Below are positions 1-11,490 of a stretch of 36,743 nt of DNA, one piece after another (positions within the stretch are counted from its first letter, which is position 1; each line of letters starts with the position of its first letter). The position numbers were made by a program, and so were the translations under genes. Under the pieces are notes generated by a model that saw only the letters and a list, made by a program, of their open reading frames with translations, made no database searches and was not told where the DNA came from. The DNA is from Psammoneis japonica (Eukaryota): the NCBI GenBank assembly GCA_008632985.1, contig QPGO01000094.1, positions 1 through 36,743 on the forward strand, written 5' to 3'.

Positions 1-722
1 AGAGCTCGACCGGGTTCTCAACCAAGACATTCCCGCATTGATGGAGGTTAGTACTGCCTTTTCTCGCTCTCCTTATTGTTTGAATCTGGTAGTCGAGCGC
101 AATCATAATTATTTGTTCTGCTTTGCTCTTCCATAGGCGCTGCCCAGTGAAAAAGATTCACCCGAGACTTTGAAAGCCAAAATGGGTGCTGCGGACGGCC
201 GCAACAACGTTTCCGTGCCGGTCCCCACCAAGGCTTCAAAGTTTGGCAAAAAGGACGAGTACACCGCCAATCCATTCGGATTCTCGGAACAGGATTCTGA
301 TAACTATTGGTAGGTTTTCTGCTTGCGCCTTTCTTTGTACTTGCTTTCACATTTGCATGATTAACATTGTAGCTTTCTTCTCGTTTTGCCTGTATAATTT
401 CAGGGCCTTGCAAGATTCAGCTGACCGTCTCTTGCATAGTTTCGAGGCACTCGGGCCAGAAGGAGGCTTCTTGTCTCCCCAGGTGGCGCGTGATGTCCTT
501 GTAAAAACTGGACTTAGCAAGGAACAGTTGCGTCAAATTTGGAACCTCAGTGATATAGATCGGGATGGATACCTGGATCATCACGAATACGTGGTTGCCA
601 TGTTTTTGTGCGACGCTGTCACTCAGAAAGGCCGCCCCATCCCAGCCGAGCTCCCCGCAACATGTGTTCCACCGGACAAGAGGGAAATTCTCGCATCTAG
701 GAAGGGCCAGGGGGGATTTTAG
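1..722 (+). CDS. EH-domain-containing protein (EHD/RME-1-like), 3' part; exons 1-46, 137-309, 404-722
   Basis: Spliced frame reads ELDRVLNQDIPALME/ALPSEK...NPFGF...YW/ALQDS...LSKEQLRQIWNLSDIDRDGYLDHHEYVVAMFL, an EH domain with EF-hand. GT-AG introns at 47-136 and 310-403 restore the frame. Confidence 0.85.
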
Positions 723-896
723 ATTGGCACGGAGAGGAAAGGGGCGGCCTTGGTACTGCAGAAGGTCGCTTCGTTGAAAGATCGTAATTTTTTAAGTAAT
801 AGTCCCGACATTTATTTCATTGCAAAATGTAAACATGTAGCATTGAGAGTGCAAAGCCGTCAAAGTGATGGCACATATGGGTGCGCAACAACTGCA

Positions 897-2468
897 TCAC
901 ACCGGTACGGCGGACACTGGTACCGGTGACTTCTTATTGAACATTATATCGTAGAGCAAAGGAGAACCAACCTTCATCACAGCGGTGGTAAAGCAAACAT
1001 GGAGGATTCGTACTTCGAAACCGCGCATGTATGAATCGTACAATCCGCTCCATCCCTTTTCTTTTAAATCAGCCTTGAACAGTGAGAGTGCAGATACCTG
1101 CACTCCAGCTTTCTTTGCATCTTGAGTTTTCGCCACCAAGACATCAAGAGGAAGCGTCGAAAACGTTGACGCTGTTCCTCCCAATAAACTTGCGATGATC
1201 TTGTCGCCTGCCGACAAGACAGAAACGCCCTTTTGACGACGAAGAAGTCCCTCGAATATATCGGAGAACTAACGAGTGACGAGCACACGCTGGTAAGGGA
1301 AAGTAGTAGAAAGAGAAAAGCGCTTCGAGATATAAGACGGAACTTACGTAAAACCTTGTTGCCCAGTCAAAGACTCGCTTGGTTGCAAAGATGTTGGAAC
1401 CCTTCATTAATGCCCCAATACCTTCTTGTGCCACAACGTCAGCACCGATTTTGAAGCTGAGCCAAGTTGTTCTCCACAGTGACATTTGCTCTCGAAAGAC
1501 GGGATTCGTCATAACGCGAGTCTTGAGCAAGAGAGTCGGAGACAGTACATAACCTTGAAAGCCGCCTGCAATGCCACCAGCCAATGTCAAAGCCAATATC
1601 TCAGGAAGAATGCCATCGCTTGCAAGGGGCATGAGGAAACTGGTAGCTACGGAATGAGCAAGACCAAAGACACTTCCTTTCGCCAAGCTCTGAACAACAC
1701 CCCAAGGGACAAATCCATCCCATATTCCTGCAATTCCCTTTTGTTCCGTGATGCTTTTAATAACGTCGCCGTAGGTTGTACCTTGAGGAGAAGTCTGCAT
1801 AACGATTTTGACAAACTCCAGGAAATGTCCCAACACTGCTTCGTACATCAACGTAACAATTGCGGCCACAATGAGTCGCTTGGTAAATTCTGACCCACTT
1901 GTTGCTGCACCACCACGTAGCGAAAGAGCGGTCTGGCATCCCCGATGGCCTTTGCTTGAAAACAACGTTGACTGTGCGGCTTGAACTACTTCACGGTGAC
2001 CTCGTCCTTCGGAAGAAGGTGCATCGTATGAGAATGCTCTGTTTCGGCGAAGAGAAACATTCGACAGTATCAAAGAGTGTCCATCATCTTCGTCGTCATC
2101 GTCATCATCATCGCTTTCGTCGTCAGATTCGTATTCAGACTCGAGCGTTTGAACCTCGAACTCCGCCCCTCCGTTGCATGATAGCAACGCTTGAGTAGAA
2201 AAACAGAGCCACCCTCAAACAACAGCGAGCTTGTTACAATGGATGGATTCGTTTGCTCTGAATCCTCACTGTCAGTGTCTTTGTAGTAAAAGAGTGCCTC
2301 TGTTTCTGGAAAGTTATCCACGAAGCTCTCCGAAGGTTCGAGCGAGATCTGTGAACTGCTTCTGAAATTGTGAGGATTGTTCTTGTCGCCGAGGGCGCCT
2401 ACCAACTGGCCGCAGTTGACTAACAGAGATGCTGCTATTATGACGACAACATCGATGGAGGATATCAT
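897..2468 (-). CDS. Mitochondrial carrier family (SLC25-like) protein with long N-terminal extension; intron 1269-1347; apparent 1-nt frameshift near 2200
   Basis: Carrier-type motifs HFLEFVKIVMQ, PTLLLKTRVM, PLDVLVAKTQ and GIAGIWDG. The GTAAG...TTAG intron joins RFY to FSDIFEG in frame. Adding one T to the minus-strand T5 run at ~2199-2203 fuses the upstream signal-peptide ORF (2070-2468). Confidence 0.8.
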
Positions 2469-3014
2469 ATTCGAAAATTTCCTCTTTGTGTGATTTGCTT
2501 TTGTCGTTGACTTCTTCCCAGGGTACTTCTAGTATGACAGGGCCTATGCTGAGTGATGATGATGTGTGGTGATGATTGATGATGAGGCGTGATGTGTGAG
2601 GTGCGCATGAACGGCGGAAAGCGCGCCAAAACGAAAGCCTGCGCGGCACGATTTCGCGCGCGTCGTGTCACAGCAACCGTTGCCCTCATAACCAGTCAAA
2701 AATGTGGGCAGGGGGCGCACAGGGGGCGGGCGCGGAGGGACACTTCATCCCTGTAGAAAGTTTATATAAATTTGTTCAACGTAGATTGGCGATTCTACTC
2801 CTACGTTCATTAGAAAGAGTCATACTATCAATGTCGATAGTAGATAACGTCCAACGCAAGAAATTAACCGTCACAAAATACCACGCTAGAAACAACCAAC
2901 AGCTTTCTTTTTTTGTGACTCCTTCAAGCCAATTTTGGAAGCAACAATACCCCGAAAGAAGCTAAAGTTCGTGTCTACTATTTTGACGCTATACTCGTAT
3001 GCTCCTTAACTAAA

Positions 3015-5550
3015 ATGCTTCGTGAGAACATAGAGGACCAAGCATCCAACGATAACGCATCGTTAGAGCTGTTGAAGCACACTCAGAATTCACAATTACA
3101 AATCGTGCCGATGCGCTTGTTTCGTAGCAGAAGTGATCCGAAAGTAGTTACCCAAGCGAGCGCATTTTCTCGTGTTAGAAGCTTCCCGGTGACGAAATCA
3201 GCAAAATGGAGAAACTCCCATTCAAAGTACAATGGCGATGCGTCAATGAAGGCAAGTGACTCAACCCCGACAATTAAAGAGTCGCTGAGTAAAATCGTCA
3301 CAACTAGGACAGTTATAGAAAATCAACAAACCAATCAGACTCGTGAGCAAGAAAAAATAAAGCTGGATTTGCCATTAGACGGTCGCTCGATGCTTCGTCA
3401 TCAAGATGAAAGTGAAATGGAGAAGCATGTCAGTGAGAAGAAGAACCCTCAGGCTGAAAATAACCCAGACGATGGTGAATTTTTGGCGCAACGCTGGCTT
3501 GTACCAAACACGTGGTTCAACCATTCAACACCGGTGCAGACCGAGTCACGAAATGAGGTTGAAGACTATAGCTTTGAAGTGAGTGGTGTGGTCGGCAGAC
3601 ACTGTTGTTGCGGATGATTCTGACGACAAAAGTTGTGAGGCCGGATCATCTGGGTCAGTTTCTACTTTTGGGCAAGTCTTTGGCGATCTCGTTTCGGTAC
3701 CCTCGATTCCCGACGCAGAAACTGTCGATGACAAGCTCTCCGTTGGGGACTTATCAGTCGTATCCAACGATGGTCTAAAATTCGTGCCTTCTACAGATGA
3801 AGAGTCCATTGATCTTCACACCAATGCCACAAATTGCGATAGCCTCGACCTCGATAAGGACTACTCTGGAGTCAGAGTGAACGAGTTGGTCCGTCCAGCG
3901 AACGCAGTATCGCAAACACTGGAGGAATCAAAAGAAATTCGAAGAAGTGAGCAGGCTGGAAAATACCTTATCCAGCAGATCTGAAAGACTCGAAAGGGAG
4001 CTACGTATTGCAAAGGAAAAGCATGGACTCTATGACGTTCAGTGTGCCCATATTACATCGGTAAGTCCATTCGAAACAAAGCTGTCGGTTTTGTTGCCAT
4101 GTTTCCCCTATGCGAAGTTTGTTATAACTCTCTCTGCATTCTTGCCATCGTAATATAACCGTGTTCAGGCCCTTGGAGATGTATTAGAGGAAGATAATAA
4201 GATAGATCAAGCTCTTACAAAGCACCGAGATGCTCTAATGATCTACAGTGCAAAACTTGGCGACCATCATTTGACCAACTCTTGATGAAAAGACTCGCGT
4301 AGCTGAGCTGTTGGAAGCGTGCGGTAACTACAATGAGGCAATCGCCATGTGCTTTAATATCCTCCAAATGAGACGGGCAATGCTTGGACAGACTCACACT
4401 TCAGTATCCGACACGTTGGTGTTAATTTCGAGGGCTCTCGAGAAGAAAGGGAGACCAACTGGAGCCATCAGCTCATTGAAGCGCGCTCTGAGGTTTACAG
4501 AGCGAGCCTTGGCGACGCTCATCCGCGCGTTGCCACTGCCGTTGATGACATTGCCAAGCTTTACATGAAGACGAAACAATACAAGAAGGCAGGTGCTATT
4601 CTCGAAGAAGTGGTAAAGCTAAGGGCAGCCACAATGGGCATGAGCCATCCCGATGTTGCTCGAAGCCTGTTGGAATTGGCAACGGCGCAAGAAGCATTGG
4701 AGGACTACGTTGGCGCCATGAAGTCTTTGAAAAAGGCCCATAGCATCTACACATCCCGCGTAAAGGGGAGAAATAGAAAGAATCTTCAAGCGCTGGGAGC
4801 GTTAGAAAGAATTGCTCAGGTTTATAGGGCAACCAAGGACACAAACAAGGCAGTCCAAGCGTACGTCAAAGTCGTACGCGGAAGAAAACAGCTGCTGGGA
4901 GAGCACCATCCACTTGTGGCAACGAGCTATCTTCACCTCGGTATTGCCCTTCGAGAGGATGGTGATAATGAAAGAGCTTTAAAGTACTTGAATCACGCTC
5001 TCTCTCTCTTTGCTCCAACCAAGAGAAAAGCGCTGAAAAGCTTGCAATGCAGGCCGAGACGATTCATGAGTTGTCACGACTCCATGCCATGATAGGCAAG
5101 AAATATGAAGCCCGCAGGTTCTTGAAGAAAGAAATAACCCTACGAGAAATGATTGGCACTGATCAGGAGTTATTCAACCTTGGCAAAGCCAAAAATGCTC
5201 TCGGTGTTGTGGAATATGAAATGAAAAACTTCAAAAAGGCGCTGAACTGCTTCATGGAAGCACTTTCAATATTTGAAAGAACTCAAGGTATTGGTGTAGA
5301 CTTTGGTGGAGCCCTCGTCAACACAGGGCTTGCGCTAAAGGCTAGCGGTCACCGAAAACGGGCTAATGAAGCATTTGAAGAAGCTCTCAAGGTTTTTAAG
5401 TCTTTCGATTTAGCAGATGACCACGAATTTGTGGTCAAAGTTTGTAAGGAACTGAAAGACGAAAAGACCTGCAAGGGCGCCAAGGATAGGAGCGCAGGAA
5501 GAATTTATGTTGCCACCAAGCGTGTTTCCAAAAGCCACGTTGTAGCTTAA
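3015..5550 (+). CDS. Kinesin-light-chain-like TPR repeat protein; intron 4061-4168; about five frameshifts
   Basis: Repeated motifs LGQTHTSVSDTL, LGDAHPRVA, MGMSHPDVARSL and LGEHHPLVATSY across consecutive overlapping ORFs. Frame jumps near 3585, 3955, 4280, 4500 and 5020. Confidence 0.75.
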
Positions 5551-5837
5551 AAGCGAAAGTTAAAAGCAGATGATAACTAGACTCTACAGCTAGACCAACG
5601 GAAGAAGGGGTAGTCCTGTACTCATTCACGTGCATGCGAGAGCAATACACACTGTACACTGTAAGTCGCCACGAGGCTAGATGCAGGTTTCTTTAAGATA
5701 GATAATTTCTAACTAGGCTAGAGCTACATACTTCAAAAACAGTCCAGTTGCCACAGGAAAAAAGTGAAGTCCCACGAGACTTGGCGCCGAAGGTGATGGG
5801 TGATGCAAGTATCTTTTAGTATATTCTTTCTTACATT

Positions 5838-6292
5838 CTACTCTTCTTCCTCTTCTCCAGCACGAAACACAGTTCCAGCAATACGGTCCAAATCCTGTTG
5901 TCCCACTCGAGTCATTCGGCGTCCGCCAGAAGGCAACTTTTCAACAACCTTCATCTCTTCAAGCTGAAGAAGTACGGAGCGAATGATTCCGGAGCTAGCC
6001 TTTCGGAAGTGCTCAGTGCGGGCACCCCTCCTGTAGTTTCCACCGTACCACTTTTGCAGCTGACCTACTCCAAGTCCTGGACGAAGGTAAACTTACGGGC
6101 AATCGAAGCCGCCCGGATATAATACCAGTCATCGCCGTACGGGGCAAGTTCTTTGAAACATGCTGTCTTGACAGTATCGCTCCAAACTGGAAGCTCAAAC
6201 TTATCAGAGTTCTTCAGATGCTCAGCGTATGCATCAATAAAGGCGCGAGGCGCAACGTCACGTACGCAAATACCACGAGCTTCTTCTGCCAT
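5838..6292 (-). CDS. RPS19: 40S ribosomal protein S19 (eS19); one base missing near 6090
   Basis: [13 protein letters not shown]...[21 protein letters not shown] continues after a 1-nt shift as [18 protein letters not shown]...[13 protein letters not shown]. The span is 455 nt, one short of a multiple of 3. Confidence 0.93.
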
Positions 6293-7525
6293 GATCAAAT
6301 CAAGCTGTCGGCTGTGGGATAAAACAAGAAAGAAATGTTGAGGAGATTGCTTTGACTTGCTTTTATTTACGCAGTTGCCGATACGAATTTAGCATCAGAA
6401 GGATACTATCAATGGGTGCTTGTTGTTTCTGGTGACAACCGTTGGAAACACCGCCATCTCCTCACCTTCAATTTCATTCACTTGTTGGTCAAAGGTGCAA
6501 GCTCGAGCATAGCACGACGAACGACGCGACGATGATGGCGGGCGGAGAGGGTCGCACGTTGCGCTTCGTACTGATCGTACAGTGGAATCGTGCGGAGCAC
6601 GTCGCACGCTACAAAGTAAGCGGTAAGTGAACAGTGACACGGATGACGGACAGGGAATGCTCGTGCCTTCTCTTCTCTGATTTATTCCACATCCGGGTTT
6701 TTCCCTGTAGCACTGTGAACTGCGCAGCGGCCCTCTGCTCTCTAGCTACGCTAGAGTAGAGGAGAACAATTTTGGACAGCCAAACGCGAGGTTCGGGGAA
6801 TGAAAACACATTGAACAATGACTGTCAACAAACGGCTCAGCAACCAGCAATGCAGGCAAAGCAAGTGCAGCCAGCCACCAATGCAAGTGTCACCTTCAAA
6901 CAACACACTCTGGCTCTCTTCCAATGACGGGAATGAGTGGTCAGGACAAGCGCTCTTGGTGCAGATGGGGAAGCACTGCCGTTTGACATTGGCACTTTTT
7001 GTGTTGGAACATGCAGAGCTCTGGAGCAGTCACACCAACCACAAAGTGGCATGTCAACCAAGCCACAAGTCAGCAATGCCACACAGCAACCTGCTGAGCA
7101 ACAAAGATGGTCAAAAAAGGAGCCATCGATGATGCCAGCCTTGCTCTTGGAGCTGTGCATGATCGGTCATCATTTGCGCCAGATGGTGCAGCACAGCACA
7201 CTGCTTGTGCCTGCTCTGAGTTGTTGATTGACGTGCACATTGTCTGCAGCCACTTGGCGAACAGGCGCATCAATCAAAGCAGGCGCCATGTTTCAGACAG
7301 GCTGACATTCAGAAGAAGAACATTGAGCTCATTTTGCAGCAAGGGAAGAGCTGCAGAGTCTTGCTCTTCACACAACAATGCAACACGATTGAGCATGCCA
7401 CCCAAACCAGTGAAGTGCAAAAAAAGATCTAGAGTCTCGAGAACTGCACAAAGCATCAGCAACTGCCACCTGACTTTTCTGCAAGGCTGGAAAAATTTGT
7501 TGAAGAATGTGGCTCAGACCCGTTG

Positions 7526-8272
7526 TGCTTGTGGAAATTGAGGTGTGATTCAGGGTGCAATTTTGGGGTGGTGCAAAAATGTGCATTGCACAAATTTACA
7601 CCCCAAATTTGCACCCGATTTTTGCATGAGTTCAAGAGTGTGAAATTTGACATCTGCAACTTTGTGAGCAACGACACATTCATTGAACACACGCTCCTGA
7701 AAAATTGTTGACATTCAAAGCAGGAACATCCCCATGTCTCTAATTTCAACCAACTTGTCTGTGCATGACTTGAACGCTCCAATGACTGCATCAAAACACC
7801 GCAGCATTTGGTGGCTCCACTGCAACCTTGCACACATCAAATCTTAGAATGATGCTGTTGATGTCACGCATCATTGTTGCATCCATGGCTGAGGTTTCAG
7901 CAACCATGTGACACATTTTTCTTCTAAGAAGGCATGAAGGTGCCATCATTCTGTCATTTGTTGACTTCAATCTTGTCACTTTTTGCCATTCTTTCTTTCA
8001 TGAACACACCACAATGGCTCCCCAGCAACAATTTTTCAACATTTTGTCGACCAAAGTTTGTCGCTGATTGTTGGTTGTCATTGTTGTTCAGTGTTCACAT
8101 GTTTTCTGCCATTGTGGATGATGATGAGTCTGTTGGCTGTGCAAAAAATTTTACAGGCAAAAAATGCATGTCTCTGGTGGCCCATTTGTTGGCTGCATTT
8201 TTTGAGGGGTGCATTCCGCACGTTTTTGCATCCCGAAATTGCACCCCGAATTGCACCCCTCCTCCACGAGCA
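7526..8272. mobile_element. Degenerate non-autonomous TIR element (~750 bp)
   Basis: 7528-7591 (cttgtggaaattgaggtgtgattcagggtgcaattttggggtggtgcaaaaatgtgc) is an imperfect inverted copy of 8209-8270 (reverse complement ctcgtggaggaggggtgcaattcggggtgcaatttcgggatgcaaaaacgtgc). Confidence 0.6.
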
Positions 8273-8794
8273 TGACAGGTCTCAGTGGCATGGTCAGATG
8301 AAGCTTGCAAGACAGACAGATGGAGCTCACTTGCACTGGCTCAGAGATTGTCATTGAAGATGCCTCTGATGTGGCCAGCTCACAGACCCTGGAGCAGTCA
8401 CAAGCCTCTTTGGCTCACAATGTCCACACAAGACCATTGAAATGGCCCTGACTCAAGCAGATCTATGCACTGCAAAGATGGCAGTGGACAAAAATGCGCA
8501 GCTCATTGTCCCAGGCAGCTCTGACTTTGTCACACATGTTGGCCCAAGCAAAAATTGAGTGGAGAACTTGCTGATGTCATCAAATTGCTGTGAGACGTGA
8601 GGAACAGATTTGTTCATTTGGACACAAACAGGCCAAAAACCTGCCACAGATCTTCTTGACAAAATGCTCTGTCTGAAATTGGGGAGGTGCCTGTTTCTTC
8701 AAACAAGCAAAGATGATGCGTTTCTGATTGCAAGTCAAACACACTCATCCACTTGTGAAAGCTGAGCAAAACACTTGGAGTGCAGGAGCTCTCA

Positions 8795-8865
8795 ACAGGA
8801 GTGCTTGAGATGCAGCTCTTGACAGGAGTGCTGGAAATGCAGCACTTGATTGGAGCACTCAAGAT
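8795..8865 (+). repeat. Degenerate 27-bp tandem repeat (~2.5 copies)
   Basis: acaggagtgcttgagatgcagctcttg / acaggagtgctggaaatgcagcacttg / attggagcactcaagat. Confidence 0.6.
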
Positions 8866-9918
8866 TGCCCAACACCAACCAACTTGGGCAGTGTGGAGGA
8901 AGTGGTGGGTGTGGCTGTCAATGGGCATGCTCAAAATGATGCAGCGCCAACTGACAAGGGTGGTGCGGAGGAAGCAGTGGCGGGCGCACACGATGCAACA
9001 TCAGCTGACAAGGTTGGCACAGTGGAGGCAGCAGATGAAATGCCAACACACCCAAAGGCATGCCAACAAAGGAAGAGCTCAAATGTGTGGGGATTGTTGA
9101 GGGCGCAATGTCTTGCCTGTTTGGGAAGGTCAAGTTTGCAAGCTTGGCACTCGAGGATGATGACAGGGTCAAAAAGAATCCAGTTGGCTTCAAGCTCTGA
9201 TGGCATCAATCCATGGAAAGTGTTGCTGTGCAAGATTTTAATCATGCAACTCACCACAAGCATGTTCAGAAGACTGCCAATGAGCTGTTGCTGCTTTGTC
9301 TCAAAAAGAACAGATGGAAACATGGGCAGGTCAAGTCCAAGAGTTCACAACAATGAGCAGCACCAAGTTGTCCCAATGAGAGCCAAAACAATGACAGGTG
9401 CTCTCTGACATGTCCACCACCCCAAACAGCATGACCAATGCTTGACTGACCAAGAAGAAGAAGTGCTGCTGCTGTGTCAAAGGATGTGACAACAACAGCG
9501 CCAGCAGCAAGTTGAGGCAAGCACCTCAAATTCCGCCAAAGCTGTTGAGTGGTGCGACCAGAGCAAACAAAATCTTGCACCGTGTCAGATCTTTCAAGCA
9601 GCAGGAGTGGACCAGCAGCTTGAGTCATGGTCGATCGTGCAACTTAAAAGACATCTGACTGTGTTGCTTGCACTCCAAGGAATCTGTCAGTGGTGGGAAG
9701 CTGTCAGTGGGATGCTGTCAAGTGTTGATGTCCAAAATGGCCAAATGGTTGCTGCATTGTCAGAGCCATTTGACGCTCCTGTGCTGACTGGGAAGATCAA
9801 CTTCCACACACCTCAAAATGTGCAACCAAGTGGTGCTGGCACATTTCAAGAGCTTCTTTGGCATGCTGTCACGTTGGGCTGGGCAAATTCAATGTTGTCT
9901 CCAGCGGCATGATCTGCA

Positions 9919-10945
9919 ATGGCAAGAGAAGCCAGTCAAGCACAAAACATTGAGAGCAGTCTTGTGTTGCCCACACAAAATGCATGGGAAAATGCAGATC
10001 CCAAGTGGAAGAAGCCATGCTTCACACACAAAGATTTGACTCCAGAAGAAGCAAAGCAACGCACCAGTTTCTGGGACTTGAAACATTTGCTGCAGCATGT
10101 GGCTGTTGTGCACAATGGCAACTTGGAAGTCATTGCCAAAACTGCAACAAAACTGACCTGGCTGGAAGAGCTTCTTTTGCATTTTGAATTTGCTTGGGGT
10201 TGCATGAGGACACAGCTGCAAGATTGCAAAAAAGAGAGCATGATGCACATCCACACACATTGAGAAAAACAATTGCTCATTGCCAGAAAAGCACGCCAGA
10301 TTTTTGGGTGAGATGGCCGATGCATGCACCACAACAAAGAGGGCGCAAATTCATGAGACACAAGAGCTGGGGTGCACACTTTTGTCCAACAACTGGCCAC
10401 CGCATTGTCACCCATGATGCGTCAAATGTTCCCATGCCAGATCCAAGCTTGGGTGACCTCAACCAAGCACTGCTCCACAAATGCTGCTGCAACACATGCA
10501 TTGTGCAAGGGTGGGTGTTGCTGCACAGCTGCATTGTTGGTTGTGTGGTTTGCCACTTGTGGCTGGACACAGTGGCGGTGATTGGCAGATTGAAGGTGCA
10601 AAGGCTCTTGAGCTCCAAAAGTTGTTTGCTGAAACTGACCCTTCTTCTTCCAGAGCCTTTCTGAATGCATTCAACAAAGGTTGCCATCAGATGTTGGAGA
10701 CACAAAAGCACAGTCAAATGTGCTGTCAACCGGAGTTGGCAGATGAAAAGTTCAGAGATGCAACAAGGTCACTTGCGCAGGTTGTGTGGCTGTCATCCGT
10801 TCTGGTGACAAGAGGTGTGCAAAATGCACCAAAACCTGTGTCCTGGTTCATTGAAAGAGGGCGCACCAACCAACTTTGGGGCATTGATTCTTCACTCTGC
10901 AATGCATGGGAGGCATTTGCATTTTTTTGCAAACTTCATGTTTGA
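9919..10945 (+). pseudogene. DDE transposase remnant, PIF/Harbinger-ISL2EU (DDE_Tnp_4)-like
   Basis: Frameshifted frames give HRIVTHDASNVPMP, GHSGGD, FLNAFNKGCH (recalled consensus DKGY) and AVIRSGDKR, in the order expected for this family. Confidence 0.55.
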
Positions 10946-11112
10946 CGTGTTTCAATGAATGTTGCTGCTGCAGTGCACAGAGAAAATGCAGAGCTGTGCA
11001 GTTGTGAGCAGCATTGAAACACGGGGTGCCAGCAGCTCATGTTGGCATTTAAAGCATCTTCATTGCATGGCAAAGCATGGTCATGGACTCTGCAACAAAT
11101 TTGCACCAGAAA

Positions 11113-11479
11113 TGCACCATGCTCGAAGAACGAGTGTAAACGAAAGTAGAGTGGTGTACGAAAAGTGGAAATTGTGAGATTGAATTTTGCTCTGTGATTT
11201 TTGGTTTCTCCGAACGAGTTCTCAATGGCCTAAAGCTTCTGTACTGCTTCTACAGACGAAAGGCCTTTCGGAGAATATATTCGTGACAACAGATTGTCCG
11301 GATGCGATTGCCATTGACACGTAAGATGTCAACATCGTCAATCGATCGTATTTGCAATTCTCGACATCCGATCAACTCTGTGTGATCGTTCTGTCCTTTG
11401 TACGCATCCACGACTGTGGTACGATTGACATATAAATAATATATAATCATATATATGTATATAACAGTCGCATACTGCA
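11113..11479 (-). repeat. 3' LTR of the Gypsy element
   Basis: Colinear without indels with 15471-15837; about 32 substitutions by hand count. Confidence 0.93.
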
Positions 11480-11490
11480 TTCGCCTCCCT
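11480..11490 (-). other. Polypurine tract (PPT)
   Basis: Minus strand AGGGAGGCGAA immediately precedes the 3' LTR. Confidence 0.75.

Larger units (their letters stand above)
6810..11112. other. TpA- and CpG-depleted degenerate repeat domain (left part of transposon island)
   Basis: Only about ten TA dinucleotides seen in ~4.3 kb, with strong TG/CA excess. Essentially all ORFs here are Tyr-free and Cys/His-rich. Confidence 0.9.

Noticed and set aside
6065..6100. Programmed frameshift or intron in RPS19 at GTAAG
   Set aside because: The protein continues immediately in the shifted frame with no sequence to remove, so a single missing G is simpler.
6818..11177. Dense overlapping Cys/His/Gln-rich ORFs in all six frames as novel metal-binding proteins
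   Set aside because: Loss of TA removes TAA/TAG stops and Tyr codons, which generates long spurious ORFs in every frame.
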